A DNA stretch of 60,487 nucleotides from a virus (lineage: Duplodnaviria; Heunggongvirae; Uroviricota; Caudoviricetes): IMG/VR virus record IMGVR_UViG_3300018481_000002, positions 87,199 to 147,685 of that record; one strand, written 5' to 3'. Below, piece after piece: positions 8,363 to 18,066 of the stretch. Numbering within the stretch: position 1 is the first letter of the stretch; every line of letters starts with the position of its first letter. The notes beneath the pieces are model-generated. The model saw nothing but the letters and a program-made list of their open reading frames with translations. It did no database searches and was not told the origin of the DNA. The position numbers were made by a program, and so were the translations under genes.

Positions 8363-9004
8363 ATGACGCAAACTCCCAACGGCAACGGGAACCCCTACGG
8401 CATCTCGTTGCACACAGTCACCACACCCACCGGTTCGAACTTGAACCTCCAGACCGCAGAAGAGGCGGACTGGTACGAGGACCGGCGCGACAGGTATCAG
8501 AAGGACAACCACTTCCCGAACGTCTCCGACCTCCAAGACCTCGACCGACTTCTAGGTCTGGAGGTCTTTTCGTACCGCTGGCAGCTGTGGATGGCCCAGG
8601 GGTTCGACTACCAGTACGCCAGAGTGGACGAGTCGGCCCTGAAGAACTCCATCAAGGAGTACTCGGTCGAGATCCGGCTCCTGAAGACCAACCTCGGCAT
8701 CGACAAGTCCACCCGTGACAAGGAGAAGGGCGAGAGTCTCTCTGACTACGTCGCCACTCTCCTCCAGCGGGCCAAGGAGTTCGGGTACCACCGGAACGAC
8801 CAGTACGAGCTGTCCGTCACTAAGTTCTACGAGCTTCGTTCAATGGTTATGACCTACGACCGGTGCGACGAGGAGGAGCGGGCGATGCTCGACCTCTCCC
8901 CAGAGAGCATCATCCAGTGGATCCGGGAGAAGGTCATCGCTGATTTCGATCAGCAGTCAGCAGCGTTCAAGAAGAACCAGGCCATCTGGGTCAAGACGAT
9001 CTGA
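8363..9004 (+). CDS. Hypothetical protein, candidate terminase small subunit
   Basis: Helical 213-aa ORF two genes upstream of TerL; function inferred from position only. Confidence 0.5.
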   Translation: MTQTPNGNGNPYGISLHTVTTPTGSNLNLQTAEEADWYEDRRDRYQKDNHFPNVSDLQDLDRLLGLEVFSYRWQLWMAQGFDYQYARVDESALKNSIKEYSVEIRLLKTNLGIDKSTRDKEKGESLSDYVATLLQRAKEFGYHRNDQYELSVTKFYELRSMVMTYDRCDEEERAMLDLSPESIIQWIREKVIADFDQQSAAFKKNQAIWVKTI

Positions 9005-9579
9005 TGGACGCCGACACGACTGGGGGGGCCGTGGAGGACCGGAAGAAGCCGAAGCGGATCCCTAGAGACGAACTGGAATCTAGGTACCCGTCACTGACAG
9101 TTCTGTCGGGACCTGCTAGCAAGGCCACCAAGACAGCTTGGGTAGCGGCTTTCAACGCACGTCCTGATGCGATGCACTCGCTGCTGGCGGACTTCATCAA
9201 GCAGGTCCACGCCCAACCTGGGCGCATCGGACAGCGGCCCATGCCCAAGGAAGAGCTCGTTGACTTCAACGCTCTCATCTACGGCGAGGCGAACGACCTG
9301 CCCCTCATGGAGGTCTTGCCCAAGCTGGTGACCATCAGCGAGCGCGCGTTCTGTGCACAGATCAAGATGAGCAGAGCCCAGTACCAGCGGATCCTCTCCG
9401 GGGCCTACGACCCAAACGTGTACGAGATCCGGAAGATCGCAGAGGCTGTGAAGAAGCCAGCTATCTACTTCATCGAGTACCGCAAAGCCATGGCGGTAGC
9501 TGCGTTCCTGAACCTTCTGGATGAGCGCCCTGGCATCGCGACCAGCCTCTACAGGACGTACCTCGAAGTTCGAATGTGA
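9004..9579 (+). CDS. XRE-like HTH protein
   Basis: SERAFCAQIKMSRAQYQRILSGAYDPNVYEIRKIAEAV. Confidence 0.7.
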   Translation: MDADTTGGAVEDRKKPKRIPRDELESRYPSLTVLSGPASKATKTAWVAAFNARPDAMHSLLADFIKQVHAQPGRIGQRPMPKEELVDFNALIYGEANDLPLMEVLPKLVTISERAFCAQIKMSRAQYQRILSGAYDPNVYEIRKIAEAVKKPAIYFIEYRKAMAVAAFLNLLDERPGIATSLYRTYLEVRM

Positions 9580-9611
9580 AAACTGACGCCTGTCAGAACC
9601 GAACATAGAGT

Positions 9612-11255
9612 ATGGCAATCCTCGCTGATCTCACCGAAGAGGAGCGGTACCTCTTCGCGATCCTTCAGGACCAGTCGGGCATCGACCAGGCTGAGTTCTC
9701 TTGGAAGGACGAGACCCAGGACGACGGAGTGTTCCGCTGTTGGGACTATCAGTACCCCTGGTACCGCACCCGCTCGAAGCACCAGATCGACCAGTGTGGA
9801 CGTGCCATCGGCAAGTCGGTGGGGATCCAGATGCGGGCGTGGGCGTTCGCGTTCACGAACCCTGACCAGGAGATGCTGATCACCGCCCCTGAGATGATCC
9901 ACCTCGACCCGGTGACCAAGCACATCGAAGATCGGATCCTTGGGTCTCGCCTCTCGGCTGAGTTCCTCAAGAAGTCGGGTATCTCCAACGGCATCAAGCA
10001 CCGACCGTTCGAAGTGTCCTTCCGGAACGGTGCGTCGATCAAGGGCCGCATCCCGCAGAAGGACGGTCGTGGCGTCAAGGGTATGCACCCCAAGAAGCTG
10101 GAGATGGACGAGGCTCAGGACTATCCGGAGCCAGGTTGGGTGGAGCTCATCGAAACCCTGAAGCAGGGCGATGAGGAGTCGACGTGGCGTGCCCATGGCG
10201 TGTCTCGTGGTGTTCGTGACCGCTACTACAAGCAGACCCAGCAGGGTTCAGGTTGGTTCGTTCACCGCATCACGGCGATGCACCGTCCCGACTGGACGGA
10301 CGCCGAGCGGAAGCAGAAGGCTGAGGACTACGGGTCCCGTGACCACCCGGACTACCGTCGAAACATCCTCGGCCTCCACGGTGACGCGTCTTCCGCGCTG
10401 TTCGTGCTGACCCGGCTGATGGCGTGCGTCGACCAGAACCCTGGTTCCTACTTCAACGCCACCGAGTACCACAAGGCCCCGAACGGTGTCCGCATCACCG
10501 AGGAGAAGCTGAACGACACGAAGCTTCCGATCGAGGAGCTGCTCGACTTCCCCGCACAGCACCGGGTGTACGAGCGGACCTGGGTGGGGATGGACGTCGG
10601 TATGACGAACCACCCCACGGAGATCCTGATCTTCGCGGAGGAGTACCCCTCCCGCACGGGTGGCAAGCAGCCTGACGTTCCAGACGTCCGTCTGAAGTGC
10701 ATCAGCCGCCTCCACCTGGAGCGCATCTCCAGCCCGGATCAGCGTCGGGTGCTGGAAGCGATTTGGGATTTCTACCGTCCCCAAGCGATTTCCATGGACC
10801 GCACCGGTCTCGGTCTGCCGATCTACCAGGAGATCCAGGCGTCTGCCCCTCCGGGCATGGTCGCCGCGATGCGGGCCTACAACTTCTCGGAGAAGATCAT
10901 CATCGGGTACGAGGACGTCGAGGAAGACGACTACTGGCGTGACCCGGACCAGCCGTATGGCGTGGAGATCAAGGCGAACGTGTTGGAGTACTCCTCTGAC
11001 ATGCTCCGCGAGATGGTCGACCTCCGTCAGATCCTGCTTCCGTGGGACACGGACATGATCCGAGAGTTCCAGGGCCAGACGTACGTGGTCAACAAGAGCA
11101 ACACCGACGCGTACGGCAAGAAGAAGTTCAACCAGGGCAAGTTCCACGCTCTCGACGCGGCGCGCATGGCGATCCTGGGCTACCGCCAGGAGAAGATCAA
11201 CGCGATGCAACAGCTGGTTCAGGATGAGCCGGTCTACGACATGTTCCTGGTCTGA
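9612..11255 (+). CDS. terL: Terminase large subunit
   Basis: Walker A CGRAIGKS, Walker B LEMDEAQD, nuclease motifs WVGMDVG, DRTGLG and HALDA. Confidence 0.92.
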   Translation: MAILADLTEEERYLFAILQDQSGIDQAEFSWKDETQDDGVFRCWDYQYPWYRTRSKHQIDQCGRAIGKSVGIQMRAWAFAFTNPDQEMLITAPEMIHLDPVTKHIEDRILGSRLSAEFLKKSGISNGIKHRPFEVSFRNGASIKGRIPQKDGRGVKGMHPKKLEMDEAQDYPEPGWVELIETLKQGDEESTWRAHGVSRGVRDRYYKQTQQGSGWFVHRITAMHRPDWTDAERKQKAEDYGSRDHPDYRRNILGLHGDASSALFVLTRLMACVDQNPGSYFNATEYHKAPNGVRITEEKLNDTKLPIEELLDFPAQHRVYERTWVGMDVGMTNHPTEILIFAEEYPSRTGGKQPDVPDVRLKCISRLHLERISSPDQRRVLEAIWDFYRPQAISMDRTGLGLPIYQEIQASAPPGMVAAMRAYNFSEKIIIGYEDVEEDDYWRDPDQPYGVEIKANVLEYSSDMLREMVDLRQILLPWDTDMIREFQGQTYVVNKSNTDAYGKKKFNQGKFHALDAARMAILGYRQEKINAMQQLVQDEPVYDMFLV

Positions 11256-11262
11256 GGTGCCC

Positions 11263-11442
11263 ATGGACGAGTACGAAGCGCTTGACGCTATCCAGGCTCT
11301 ACGCCAAGAGGCGGTTCTTGATCGGTTGAAGGAGGAGGACCCGCGTCTCTACGACTACAAGAACGGGCTCATCGACGGGCTGGACAAGGCATGGCTGGCT
11401 GTCTTCCAGGCGACGCGGAGGAAGCTTGTAAATGGTGCCTGA
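11263..11442 (+). CDS. Hypothetical protein
   Basis: 59-aa ORF with GAGG RBS, followed by a terminator. Confidence 0.65.
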   Translation: MDEYEALDAIQALRQEAVLDRLKEEDPRLYDYKNGLIDGLDKAWLAVFQATRRKLVNGA

Positions 11443-11447
11443 ACCAG

Positions 11448-11490
11448 TGAGGCCCCGGTCCTAGGTATGAGCTAGGGCCGGGGCCTCAAA
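11448..11490 (+). terminator. Terminator hairpin
   Basis: GAGGCCCCGGTCCTAG...CTAGGGCCGGGGCCTC. Confidence 0.65.
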
Positions 11491-11956
11491 CCTCCCCGAT
11501 AAGCGCTACGGGGTGGTTAGGTGGAAGGGAGGATTGACTACCTCCAAGGGGCTCCACGTTGTCAGGAGTTCGATTACCAACGTTACCCCACCTACGACAC
11601 GGCGCTACCCGATCTCGGATCAACAGACGGTCTGGCTACCGCCCCAGTTGAGCCTGGGCCGACCCTCAGCACTTGCAGTCGGGTCCCTACTCCTCTGTTC
11701 GAGGGAGGGTTTTCCGGTCCAGGGATGATCCTGTCGCAGACAATCCGTTACCTGCACGCCACGCGGTTCAACGTGTAGGCCCGGTTTCTGTCACTTCCCA
11801 GTTCGCCCGTCGGCTCCCTGTTGAAGAGAACAGTAGGGCGAACCTCGGTTCGAGGTCAAGCCGGTAGCCGAAATTTGTTCGGGCGAGCCTCCGCTGAGGC
11901 GTAACCAGAGCATGAAGACTGCATCTAGCAGGCATCTGGACCGAAGGAGAGAGCAA

Positions 11957-12349
11957 ATGGCTACCGTGAAGCTCATCGAAACGAACCCTCCCCCGGAGGG
12001 TCGTCAGCCGCGCGGGCTGACTCCTCTGGACACCTCACAGGTCCACTACGCCATCGGGCGGTCCATCGATCAGGTCCGTGACGAGATCGATGACGCCTTC
12101 GCAGCCATGAAGACCTTCTTCAACCGTGATCCAGACGAGATCCTCCGACTGTCCTCTGGACATAGCGCCCGGCTCAGTGAGCTGGCCGTGAAGATCCAAC
12201 GCATCGAGGACTTCCAGCGGGAGTGGAAGAACATCCGGGTCCGCGAGATCGAACCGGCCATCGCGGAGCTTGAGCGGCAACTTCGGACGGCCAGCCGTTT
12301 GCACGCGATCCGAGAGTTGGACTGGAAGATGGAAACGGGGGAGCGATGA
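11957..12349 (+). CDS. Hypothetical protein
   Basis: AAGGAG RBS; 130-aa helical ORF. Confidence 0.75.
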   Translation: MATVKLIETNPPPEGRQPRGLTPLDTSQVHYAIGRSIDQVRDEIDDAFAAMKTFFNRDPDEILRLSSGHSARLSELAVKIQRIEDFQREWKNIRVREIEPAIAELERQLRTASRLHAIRELDWKMETGER

Positions 12350-12540
12350 ACCATCCGATGGACTCGACCTACATCGAACGCCTCTTGGAGGCAGCTCGCA
12401 TTCGCAGTGCACAGAGGTGGGACGAGGCTCATCAACGGGTCCTGGACTCCTACGAGAAGTACGGCAAGGGGATGTCTCTTGAGTCCTACGACAAGTGGGC
12501 AAGGGACATCGTCGCCCTGACGATAGGGCCGAGACCGTGA
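12346..12540 (+). CDS. Hypothetical protein
   Basis: ATGA overlap; 64 aa. Confidence 0.65.
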   Translation: MNHPMDSTYIERLLEAARIRSAQRWDEAHQRVLDSYEKYGKGMSLESYDKWARDIVALTIGPRP

Positions 12541-12686
12541 AGTGCCCAGAGCCAGGGGGCGAACTGGACAAGACCAGGGCCATCAACTGCACGATGCGGC
12601 CCTGTGAGTGTCTGATGCAGGACTTCTACCGGTGGCAGGCAGAGAAGAAGGAGAGGCTCCGTGCTGGACCGCCTGGGTCGGAATGA
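12537..12686 (+). CDS. Small Cys-containing hypothetical protein
   Basis: GTGA overlap; MKCPEPGGELDKTRAINCTMRPCECLM. Confidence 0.5.
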   Translation: MKCPEPGGELDKTRAINCTMRPCECLMQDFYRWQAEKKERLRAGPPGSE

Positions 12687-12823
12687 CCCCAACGCTTGGG
12701 TTTGTGACTGCGAACACGCGGCCAACGCCCGGAGGTTGACTCAGGACACCGTGAAGATCCACAAGGAACTAGGCCGCTGCCCCAGCTGCGGCTCCACTTT
12801 CGTCGAACGATCTGGACAAGCCG

Positions 12824-14770
12824 ATGACTGACTACTACGACGACGATGACTTCGACCTCGACGGGGAGATCATCGATGTCGAGCCCGTTGACGAGTTCGA
12901 TGTGACCGAAGAGGGCTCCTTCACCGACGCCCACTACGGAGAGGTGTCCACAACCACCCGGCCCTCCATCCACTACATCAATGAATCTGGCATGCCCGAC
13001 GATGTGGTCTTCCGCCACCTCCGTAGCCGAGGATTCGAGAAGGCCGCGATCTCTCAGATCGAGAAGTGGTCCCAGTCGCTGAACTCCCCTCAGACCACAC
13101 AGACGCTGGACATGTTCAACCGGTCCCGCTGGCAGAACAACGACGTCCACGTACACGCCGTCATGAGCCGTGTCGCCTGGGCAGTCGAGAACGACGAGAC
13201 CCTCTCTACCCTCGCGGACGTGGTTGAGGGGCTCATGTGGCAGAAGTGCCGTTTCGAACTGATCGACTCTGACGAACAGGACATGTGGAACCAGTGGGCC
13301 GCTGACATCAACCTGGACAAGATGCTCCGGGAGATGGGCCGTGAAGAGTTCAAGCTGTCCCAGTTCTACGTCGGTCTCTGGTGGGGCACCCGCACGTACT
13401 CCGTCCAGGAAGAGCGCATCGATGACCGCATCGATGAATTCGAGCGGGAGCGCAAGAAGAAGGAGTACGAGGAGAAGGTCGAGGAACGCGAGGCGTTCAT
13501 CGCCGCCAACAAGGGCAATCCCGAGTTCGTCGCACCCCCCGAGCTGGCAGAACCGAACCTTGAGGGTCCTGGCCGTGGCAACCGCAAGCGGAAGAAGAAG
13601 TTCAAGGTCAAGGTCCCCACGGACTACACGATCTTCGACCCCACGAAGGTGCTCCCCGTTGGGACGCTCATGTTCGGACGGGAGCGGTTCGCGTACATCG
13701 CCACCCGTGGCGAAGATGAAGCGTTCGCGTCGGTCATGAACGGTGACACCGCAGACGACACCGTTCTACAGCTGATCGAGCGCAAGTACGAGCCGAACGA
13801 GATGGACAAGACGGCGTGTGCAGACCTCGGAGTCGACCACAACCGCCTGTGGCTGTTCCGCAAGGACGCCGTGTTCCGGCACTCCATGACCAGGGCCCAG
13901 TACGAGCGGTACTCCCCGGTCCGGTTGAAGACGATCCTGCCCCTCCTGGAGATGAAGCAGCACCTCAGGGCTTCCGACCGGGCTAGCCTGATCGGCAACA
14001 CGAACTTCATCGTGGTCATCACGAAGGGCTCCGACCGGCTCCCGGCGAAGCCCGCCGAGATCGCGAACCTCCAGGAACAAGCCAAGGTCATCGCCCGGCT
14101 GCCCGTCCTGATCGGTGACCACCGGTTGAAGGTGGAGATCGTGTCTCCGAGCACCGACAACACCCTGATCGATTCACGGCATCAGGTTTTGGACGCCCGT
14201 CTGGTTTTCGCGGCGCTCCGAACCTTCAGCCCGGTGACGCAGGGTGGCAACAGCTCCGGCGCAGGCGTGTCAGAGATGTCAAGGGTTGTGGCACAGGGCC
14301 TTGAGTCCAGACGCCACATGATCATGAGGTCCATCGAGAAGAACATCTTCAGGCAGGTCCTGGACCGCAACGAGGATGTTATCGACGAGTTCCCCAACTT
14401 GGCGTTCACGCCGAAGCGGATCACCTTGGAGTTCAACAACGACATCATGAACGGCATCCTCAAGCTGCGTGACCGTGGAGACATCTCCCGGGAGACAACG
14501 CTGGAGGAGCTTGACTTCGACCAGGACACCGAGGTGTTGCGTCGTGGTCGGGAGCGGGTGCTGTACGACCGGGTGTTCGAATCGACCACTCCGCACAGCT
14601 CCCCGACCTCCAACCCCTACGGCGCTCCTGGTCAGCTACCACCTGGCGGCAATCAGAACGTCCAAGGGAATGTGGGTCCCGCTGGTCAGCCACGCACCGA
14701 AGGTGGCCGTCCTCCAGGAGCCCAGGACAAGAAGCCGCGTGCAACCCCGACCCCAACGAGCCGAAAGTAA
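12824..14770 (+). CDS. Portal protein
   Basis: 648 aa, first large ORF after TerL and before the protease, scaffold and MCP; synteny-based. Confidence 0.8.
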   Translation: MTDYYDDDDFDLDGEIIDVEPVDEFDVTEEGSFTDAHYGEVSTTTRPSIHYINESGMPDDVVFRHLRSRGFEKAAISQIEKWSQSLNSPQTTQTLDMFNRSRWQNNDVHVHAVMSRVAWAVENDETLSTLADVVEGLMWQKCRFELIDSDEQDMWNQWAADINLDKMLREMGREEFKLSQFYVGLWWGTRTYSVQEERIDDRIDEFERERKKKEYEEKVEEREAFIAANKGNPEFVAPPELAEPNLEGPGRGNRKRKKKFKVKVPTDYTIFDPTKVLPVGTLMFGRERFAYIATRGEDEAFASVMNGDTADDTVLQLIERKYEPNEMDKTACADLGVDHNRLWLFRKDAVFRHSMTRAQYERYSPVRLKTILPLLEMKQHLRASDRASLIGNTNFIVVITKGSDRLPAKPAEIANLQEQAKVIARLPVLIGDHRLKVEIVSPSTDNTLIDSRHQVLDARLVFAALRTFSPVTQGGNSSGAGVSEMSRVVAQGLESRRHMIMRSIEKNIFRQVLDRNEDVIDEFPNLAFTPKRITLEFNNDIMNGILKLRDRGDISRETTLEELDFDQDTEVLRRGRERVLYDRVFESTTPHSSPTSNPYGAPGQLPPGGNQNVQGNVGPAGQPRTEGGRPPGAQDKKPRATPTPTSRK

Positions 14771-14773
14771 GAC

Positions 14774-15034
14774 ATGAACCTCGCCGTAACTACCTCTCAA
14801 GCTGTTCTTGACACGTCGATGTTCCCCGACAAGGAGGACAGGTCGCAGACGCTGATCCTCCAGAACATCGGGGCAGGAATCGTCTACGTCGACTTCATCA
14901 CTGGCGTCACTACTGCGCGAGGGATCAAGTTGGCCGTGGACGCTGTTCTGTCCATCCCTGAGTGGACGACGGCCATGACGGTCTACGTCATCGGCAGCGC
15001 CTCCGCTGACCTCAGGTACACGTTGGCAGGCTGA
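14774..15034 (+). CDS. Small beta-rich virion-type protein
   Basis: 86 aa (TLILQNIGAGIVYVDF...) in the head operon. Confidence 0.6.
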   Translation: MNLAVTTSQAVLDTSMFPDKEDRSQTLILQNIGAGIVYVDFITGVTTARGIKLAVDAVLSIPEWTTAMTVYVIGSASADLRYTLAG

Positions 15035-15036
15035 CC

Positions 15037-15780
15037 ATGCCGTACAAGGTGAAGGTGAAGGGCGACCAGTACTGCGTCGTGGTCTCCTCCGGCCCGAAGA
15101 AGGGTAAGGAGGTTGCCTGTCACGCCTCACGTGAGAAGGCCGTCGCCCAGGTCAGAGCCTTGTACGCCAACGACGCAGCTGAGTGGGCCCAGCTGCGTGA
15201 TGTCGCTCGGAAGTTCAGCGGAGAGCAGCGCAAGAAGGCGGCGGCTAAGGGTCAGGCCCAGAAGGATGGTTCGTACCCGATCAAGAACGCCCAAGATCTG
15301 AAGAACGCCATCCAGGCGTACGGCAGGTCCAAGAACAAGGCGGCCACCAAGGCGCACATCATCCGCCGAGCCAGGGCGCTCGGTCTGACGAAACTACTTC
15401 CGGAGGACTGGGTGAAGGACAAGGCTGAGTGGCTGCTTGAGTGCCCGGATTGCGCCAGGAGTTTCCTGGATGAGGCGTCTCTCCACGATCACTCCGAGGC
15501 AGTGCACACGTTCGAAGACATCCGGCGACTCGTCAACGAGGCTGTCCGTGAGAAGTACGGCAAGGCTGGGTCTTTCCAGGCCAGCCCTCCCATCCCCTCA
15601 ACCTGGGTGTGGGTAGACGACCTCGCTGAGGACTGGGTTGTGTACATGGTCGAGGAGGGTGTCGACTCGACGCTCTACAAGGCCTCGTACGCGATCACTG
15701 ACAACAAGGTCACCTTGGGGGAGCCCGCAGAGGTTCGTCGGCGCACCGTCTACGACTCTGTGAACTCCAGTGGCGGATGA
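15037..15780 (+). CDS. Multidomain head-associated protein with C2H2 Zn finger
   Basis: CHASREKAVAQVRALYAN module; DGSYPIKNAQDLKNAIQAYGR...RARALG module; CPDCARSFLDEASLHDHSEAVH. Confidence 0.7.
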   Translation: MPYKVKVKGDQYCVVVSSGPKKGKEVACHASREKAVAQVRALYANDAAEWAQLRDVARKFSGEQRKKAAAKGQAQKDGSYPIKNAQDLKNAIQAYGRSKNKAATKAHIIRRARALGLTKLLPEDWVKDKAEWLLECPDCARSFLDEASLHDHSEAVHTFEDIRRLVNEAVREKYGKAGSFQASPPIPSTWVWVDDLAEDWVVYMVEEGVDSTLYKASYAITDNKVTLGEPAEVRRRTVYDSVNSSGG

Positions 15781-16048
15781 AGAACGTGAACTGGACCCTT
15801 TCGAAGAGTTTGAAGAAGCCGTCGAACGTTTGTTTCGTAGGCTCGGCGAAGAAGGCCTCCTCTTCGACTGGGTTCTGGTGTCTCACCGACTCACGCCTGA
15901 ATCAGACGGGAGCGACACCCACATGACCGGGTACGTCGCCTCCCTCAGGCAACCGAACTACCGAACCCAGGGCCTACTGAAGTACGCCTTGACCATTGTC
16001 GATGAAGAAGTCAGAAGGGAGGTCCCCGATGGAGACGATGATCTTTGA
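15770..16048 (+). CDS. Hypothetical protein
   Basis: 92-aa ORF overlapping both neighbours. Confidence 0.65.
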   Translation: MADEERELDPFEEFEEAVERLFRRLGEEGLLFDWVLVSHRLTPESDGSDTHMTGYVASLRQPNYRTQGLLKYALTIVDEEVRREVPDGDDDL

Positions 16049-16829
16049 CAAGGGCCACTCCACGTACCTGGTGAACACTGCCCACCTGGTCAGGAAGGGC
16101 GACGAACTGGCCGACCTGGCAGCTGACACGACCGCGTCCTGGCAGATCGAGAAGTCGAACCCGTTCATCCAGTGGATCGCTGGGGACTTCGTGGAGTCGG
16201 ACAAGCCGAACTCGAACACTCAGTACTGGACATCCGGTGACCTGGCGATGTCTGAGTACACGATCCAGTACGCGCCACTGAACATGGTCCACAAGTTTCG
16301 GACACCCATCGGTTTCTTCGCGGCCACCAAGACGGTGAAGCTGGAGAAGGACGAGGCCGCCGAAGCTGTGCCGATGAAGATCCAGGCGCTCTCCGGCTTG
16401 TGGACCCACATCTTCCCGTTCGAGTCCGCCCAGGTGGAGGCCGCCGACGATGCTGGGCTGCTGTTCTACTCGATGGAGTGCCGTGGCACCCACCTGAAGT
16501 GCGGCTCTGACGAGGCCCTGGGCCTTGAGGGCTGCGGAGGAGAGTTCGACTACATGAATGTCGACTCCCACTGTGAGCACCTCCAGGAGCGTTCCTCGGT
16601 GCGGCACATCGTGAACCCCACCTTCCGTGGTGGGGCTTTGATCGTTCCCCCGGTGAAGCCGGGGTGGAAGAACTCGTCCGCCAGCATCCTCACTGACTCG
16701 GTGATGCTTGAGGCTGCGGCGTTCGCGGAAGAGAATGAAGCCCAGTTCAACAGTCTGGGTACAGAGATCAGTGCCACCGCTTGGGAGCACCTGATGGCTC
16801 AGGTCGTGGCGTCTGGAAAGGGAAACTGA
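16029..16829 (+). CDS. Prohead (capsid maturation) protease
   Basis: PLNMVH, YSMEC and FRGGALIVPPVKPGW motifs; located between portal and scaffold. Confidence 0.75.
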   Translation: METMIFDKGHSTYLVNTAHLVRKGDELADLAADTTASWQIEKSNPFIQWIAGDFVESDKPNSNTQYWTSGDLAMSEYTIQYAPLNMVHKFRTPIGFFAATKTVKLEKDEAAEAVPMKIQALSGLWTHIFPFESAQVEAADDAGLLFYSMECRGTHLKCGSDEALGLEGCGGEFDYMNVDSHCEHLQERSSVRHIVNPTFRGGALIVPPVKPGWKNSSASILTDSVMLEAAAFAEENEAQFNSLGTEISATAWEHLMAQVVASGKGN

Positions 16830-16987
16830 TGAGTGAGACAACCGGCAATGTGGATCTGGCCAACGAACCCGTTGATGTGGACTCTTCTGAGTTCATGGAC
16901 ACGGGTGTTCTTCACGAGAAGCGAGCAGTGGTCAAGGGAGTGCACGTCGTCAAGATCGAGACGGAAGATGGACGAGCAAACTCCTGA
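16829..16987 (+). CDS. Hypothetical protein
   Basis: TGATG coupling; 52 aa. Confidence 0.5.
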   Translation: MSETTGNVDLANEPVDVDSSEFMDTGVLHEKRAVVKGVHVVKIETEDGRANS

Positions 16988-17126
16988 GGCTGTTGAGTCG
17001 ACCGCTGAACTTTGGTGGCACCTTTTTGACCACCACAGTCTTGACGCACGTCAGATTCATGGGAACCCTCAAACCATGCACGCGTCCCTACATAACCTCC
17101 CTGGTGCGAGCGACCACTCCCACTGA
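16968..17126 (+). CDS. His-rich hypothetical protein
   Basis: MDEQTPEAVESTAELWWHLFDHH...; 52 aa. Confidence 0.5.
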   Translation: MDEQTPEAVESTAELWWHLFDHHSLDARQIHGNPQTMHASLHNLPGASDHSH

Positions 17127-17242
17127 CACCCAGATCGGGTGACTGGGACCCCTGAACGGCTCCAGCCCCCCTTTGGTAGTCGTTGCCCATCACCCGGTCT
17201 GGGCCCTTCCTTGACCTCCGGAACTCTCGACGCCCGTCGAAA

Positions 17243-17270
17243 TTTAATCCCACTAGAGGCACGTCGATGC
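17243..17270 (+). promoter_or_regulatory. Sigma28/WhiG-type late promoter (scaffold-capsid operon)
   Basis: TTTAAT-N14-GTCGATGC, ending 8 nt before the GTG start (leaderless geometry). Confidence 0.7.
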
Positions 17271-17277
17271 CCTTCAC

Positions 17278-18051
17278 GTGGAGACGGCGCAGGCGGTGAA
17301 GCTGCACGACGACCTTTTGGCGGGCATGCCAGACGGCGCACGGCATGACACCGACATCTGTCCCTTCTGTGTGGATAACGCACAGACCACGACGTCCCGG
17401 ATCCCTCCCGGCGATGCCGGTCCGGACGTGTCCGAGAACAAGTCAACGAGCACGGAGGGAGGGACGAACCCGACCATGAGCGACATTTCTCAGGAGGCGC
17501 ACGAAGCGCTTCTGCAGAAGGCTGTGGCGGACGCGGTCAAGGCGACCGAGTCTGCTCTTGCTTCGAAGACCGACGAGTTGGCTGCTGCCAAGTCGAAGGT
17601 TGAGGAGCTGGAGACCGAGAAGTCGACGCTTAACGCTGAGACTGACCGGCTCAACAAGGAGCTCGACACCGCCCAGGTCAAGCTGACGTCTGCCACGGAG
17701 GAGGTCGAGACCTTGAAGAAGGAGAAGACCGAGACCGAGGAGAAGGCCAAGCTTGCCGAGGTTGCTTCCAAGCGGAGCGACCAGGTGAAGAACCTGAAGC
17801 TGTTCCCCGACGAGTACGTCACCGAGAAGGCCTCCAAGTGGGCCGGTCTTACCGACGAGGCGTGGGGCGAGCAGCTGGAGGAGTGGAAGGCAATCAGGCC
17901 TGCTGCTCCCGAGGGCGACGAGACGAAGACGGACGCCGCTTCGGCCATGTCTGGCACCTCCGAGAACCTCACCAAGGAGGAGAAGCAGGATGCTGCTTCC
18001 CAGACCAAGGTCGGTTCGGCGCGGCGCGCTGCACTGAGCCTGGCGAACTGA
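17278..18051 (+). CDS. Capsid scaffolding protein
   Basis: Long coiled coil; lies upstream of the MCP. Confidence 0.8.
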   Translation: METAQAVKLHDDLLAGMPDGARHDTDICPFCVDNAQTTTSRIPPGDAGPDVSENKSTSTEGGTNPTMSDISQEAHEALLQKAVADAVKATESALASKTDELAAAKSKVEELETEKSTLNAETDRLNKELDTAQVKLTSATEEVETLKKEKTETEEKAKLAEVASKRSDQVKNLKLFPDEYVTEKASKWAGLTDEAWGEQLEEWKAIRPAAPEGDETKTDAASAMSGTSENLTKEEKQDAASQTKVGSARRAALSLAN

Positions 18052-18066
18052 GAGGAGGTGTAGCAA

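Noticed and set aside
9612-11255. Intein or intron in TerL or the helicase
   Set aside because: Lengths and motif spacing are normal, and there are no C/S...HN splice motifs or frame breaks
12799-12827. GCCGATGA upstream of the portal as a sigma28 promoter
   Set aside because: The -10 element overlaps the portal ATG and there is no matching -35 at the 14-bp spacing
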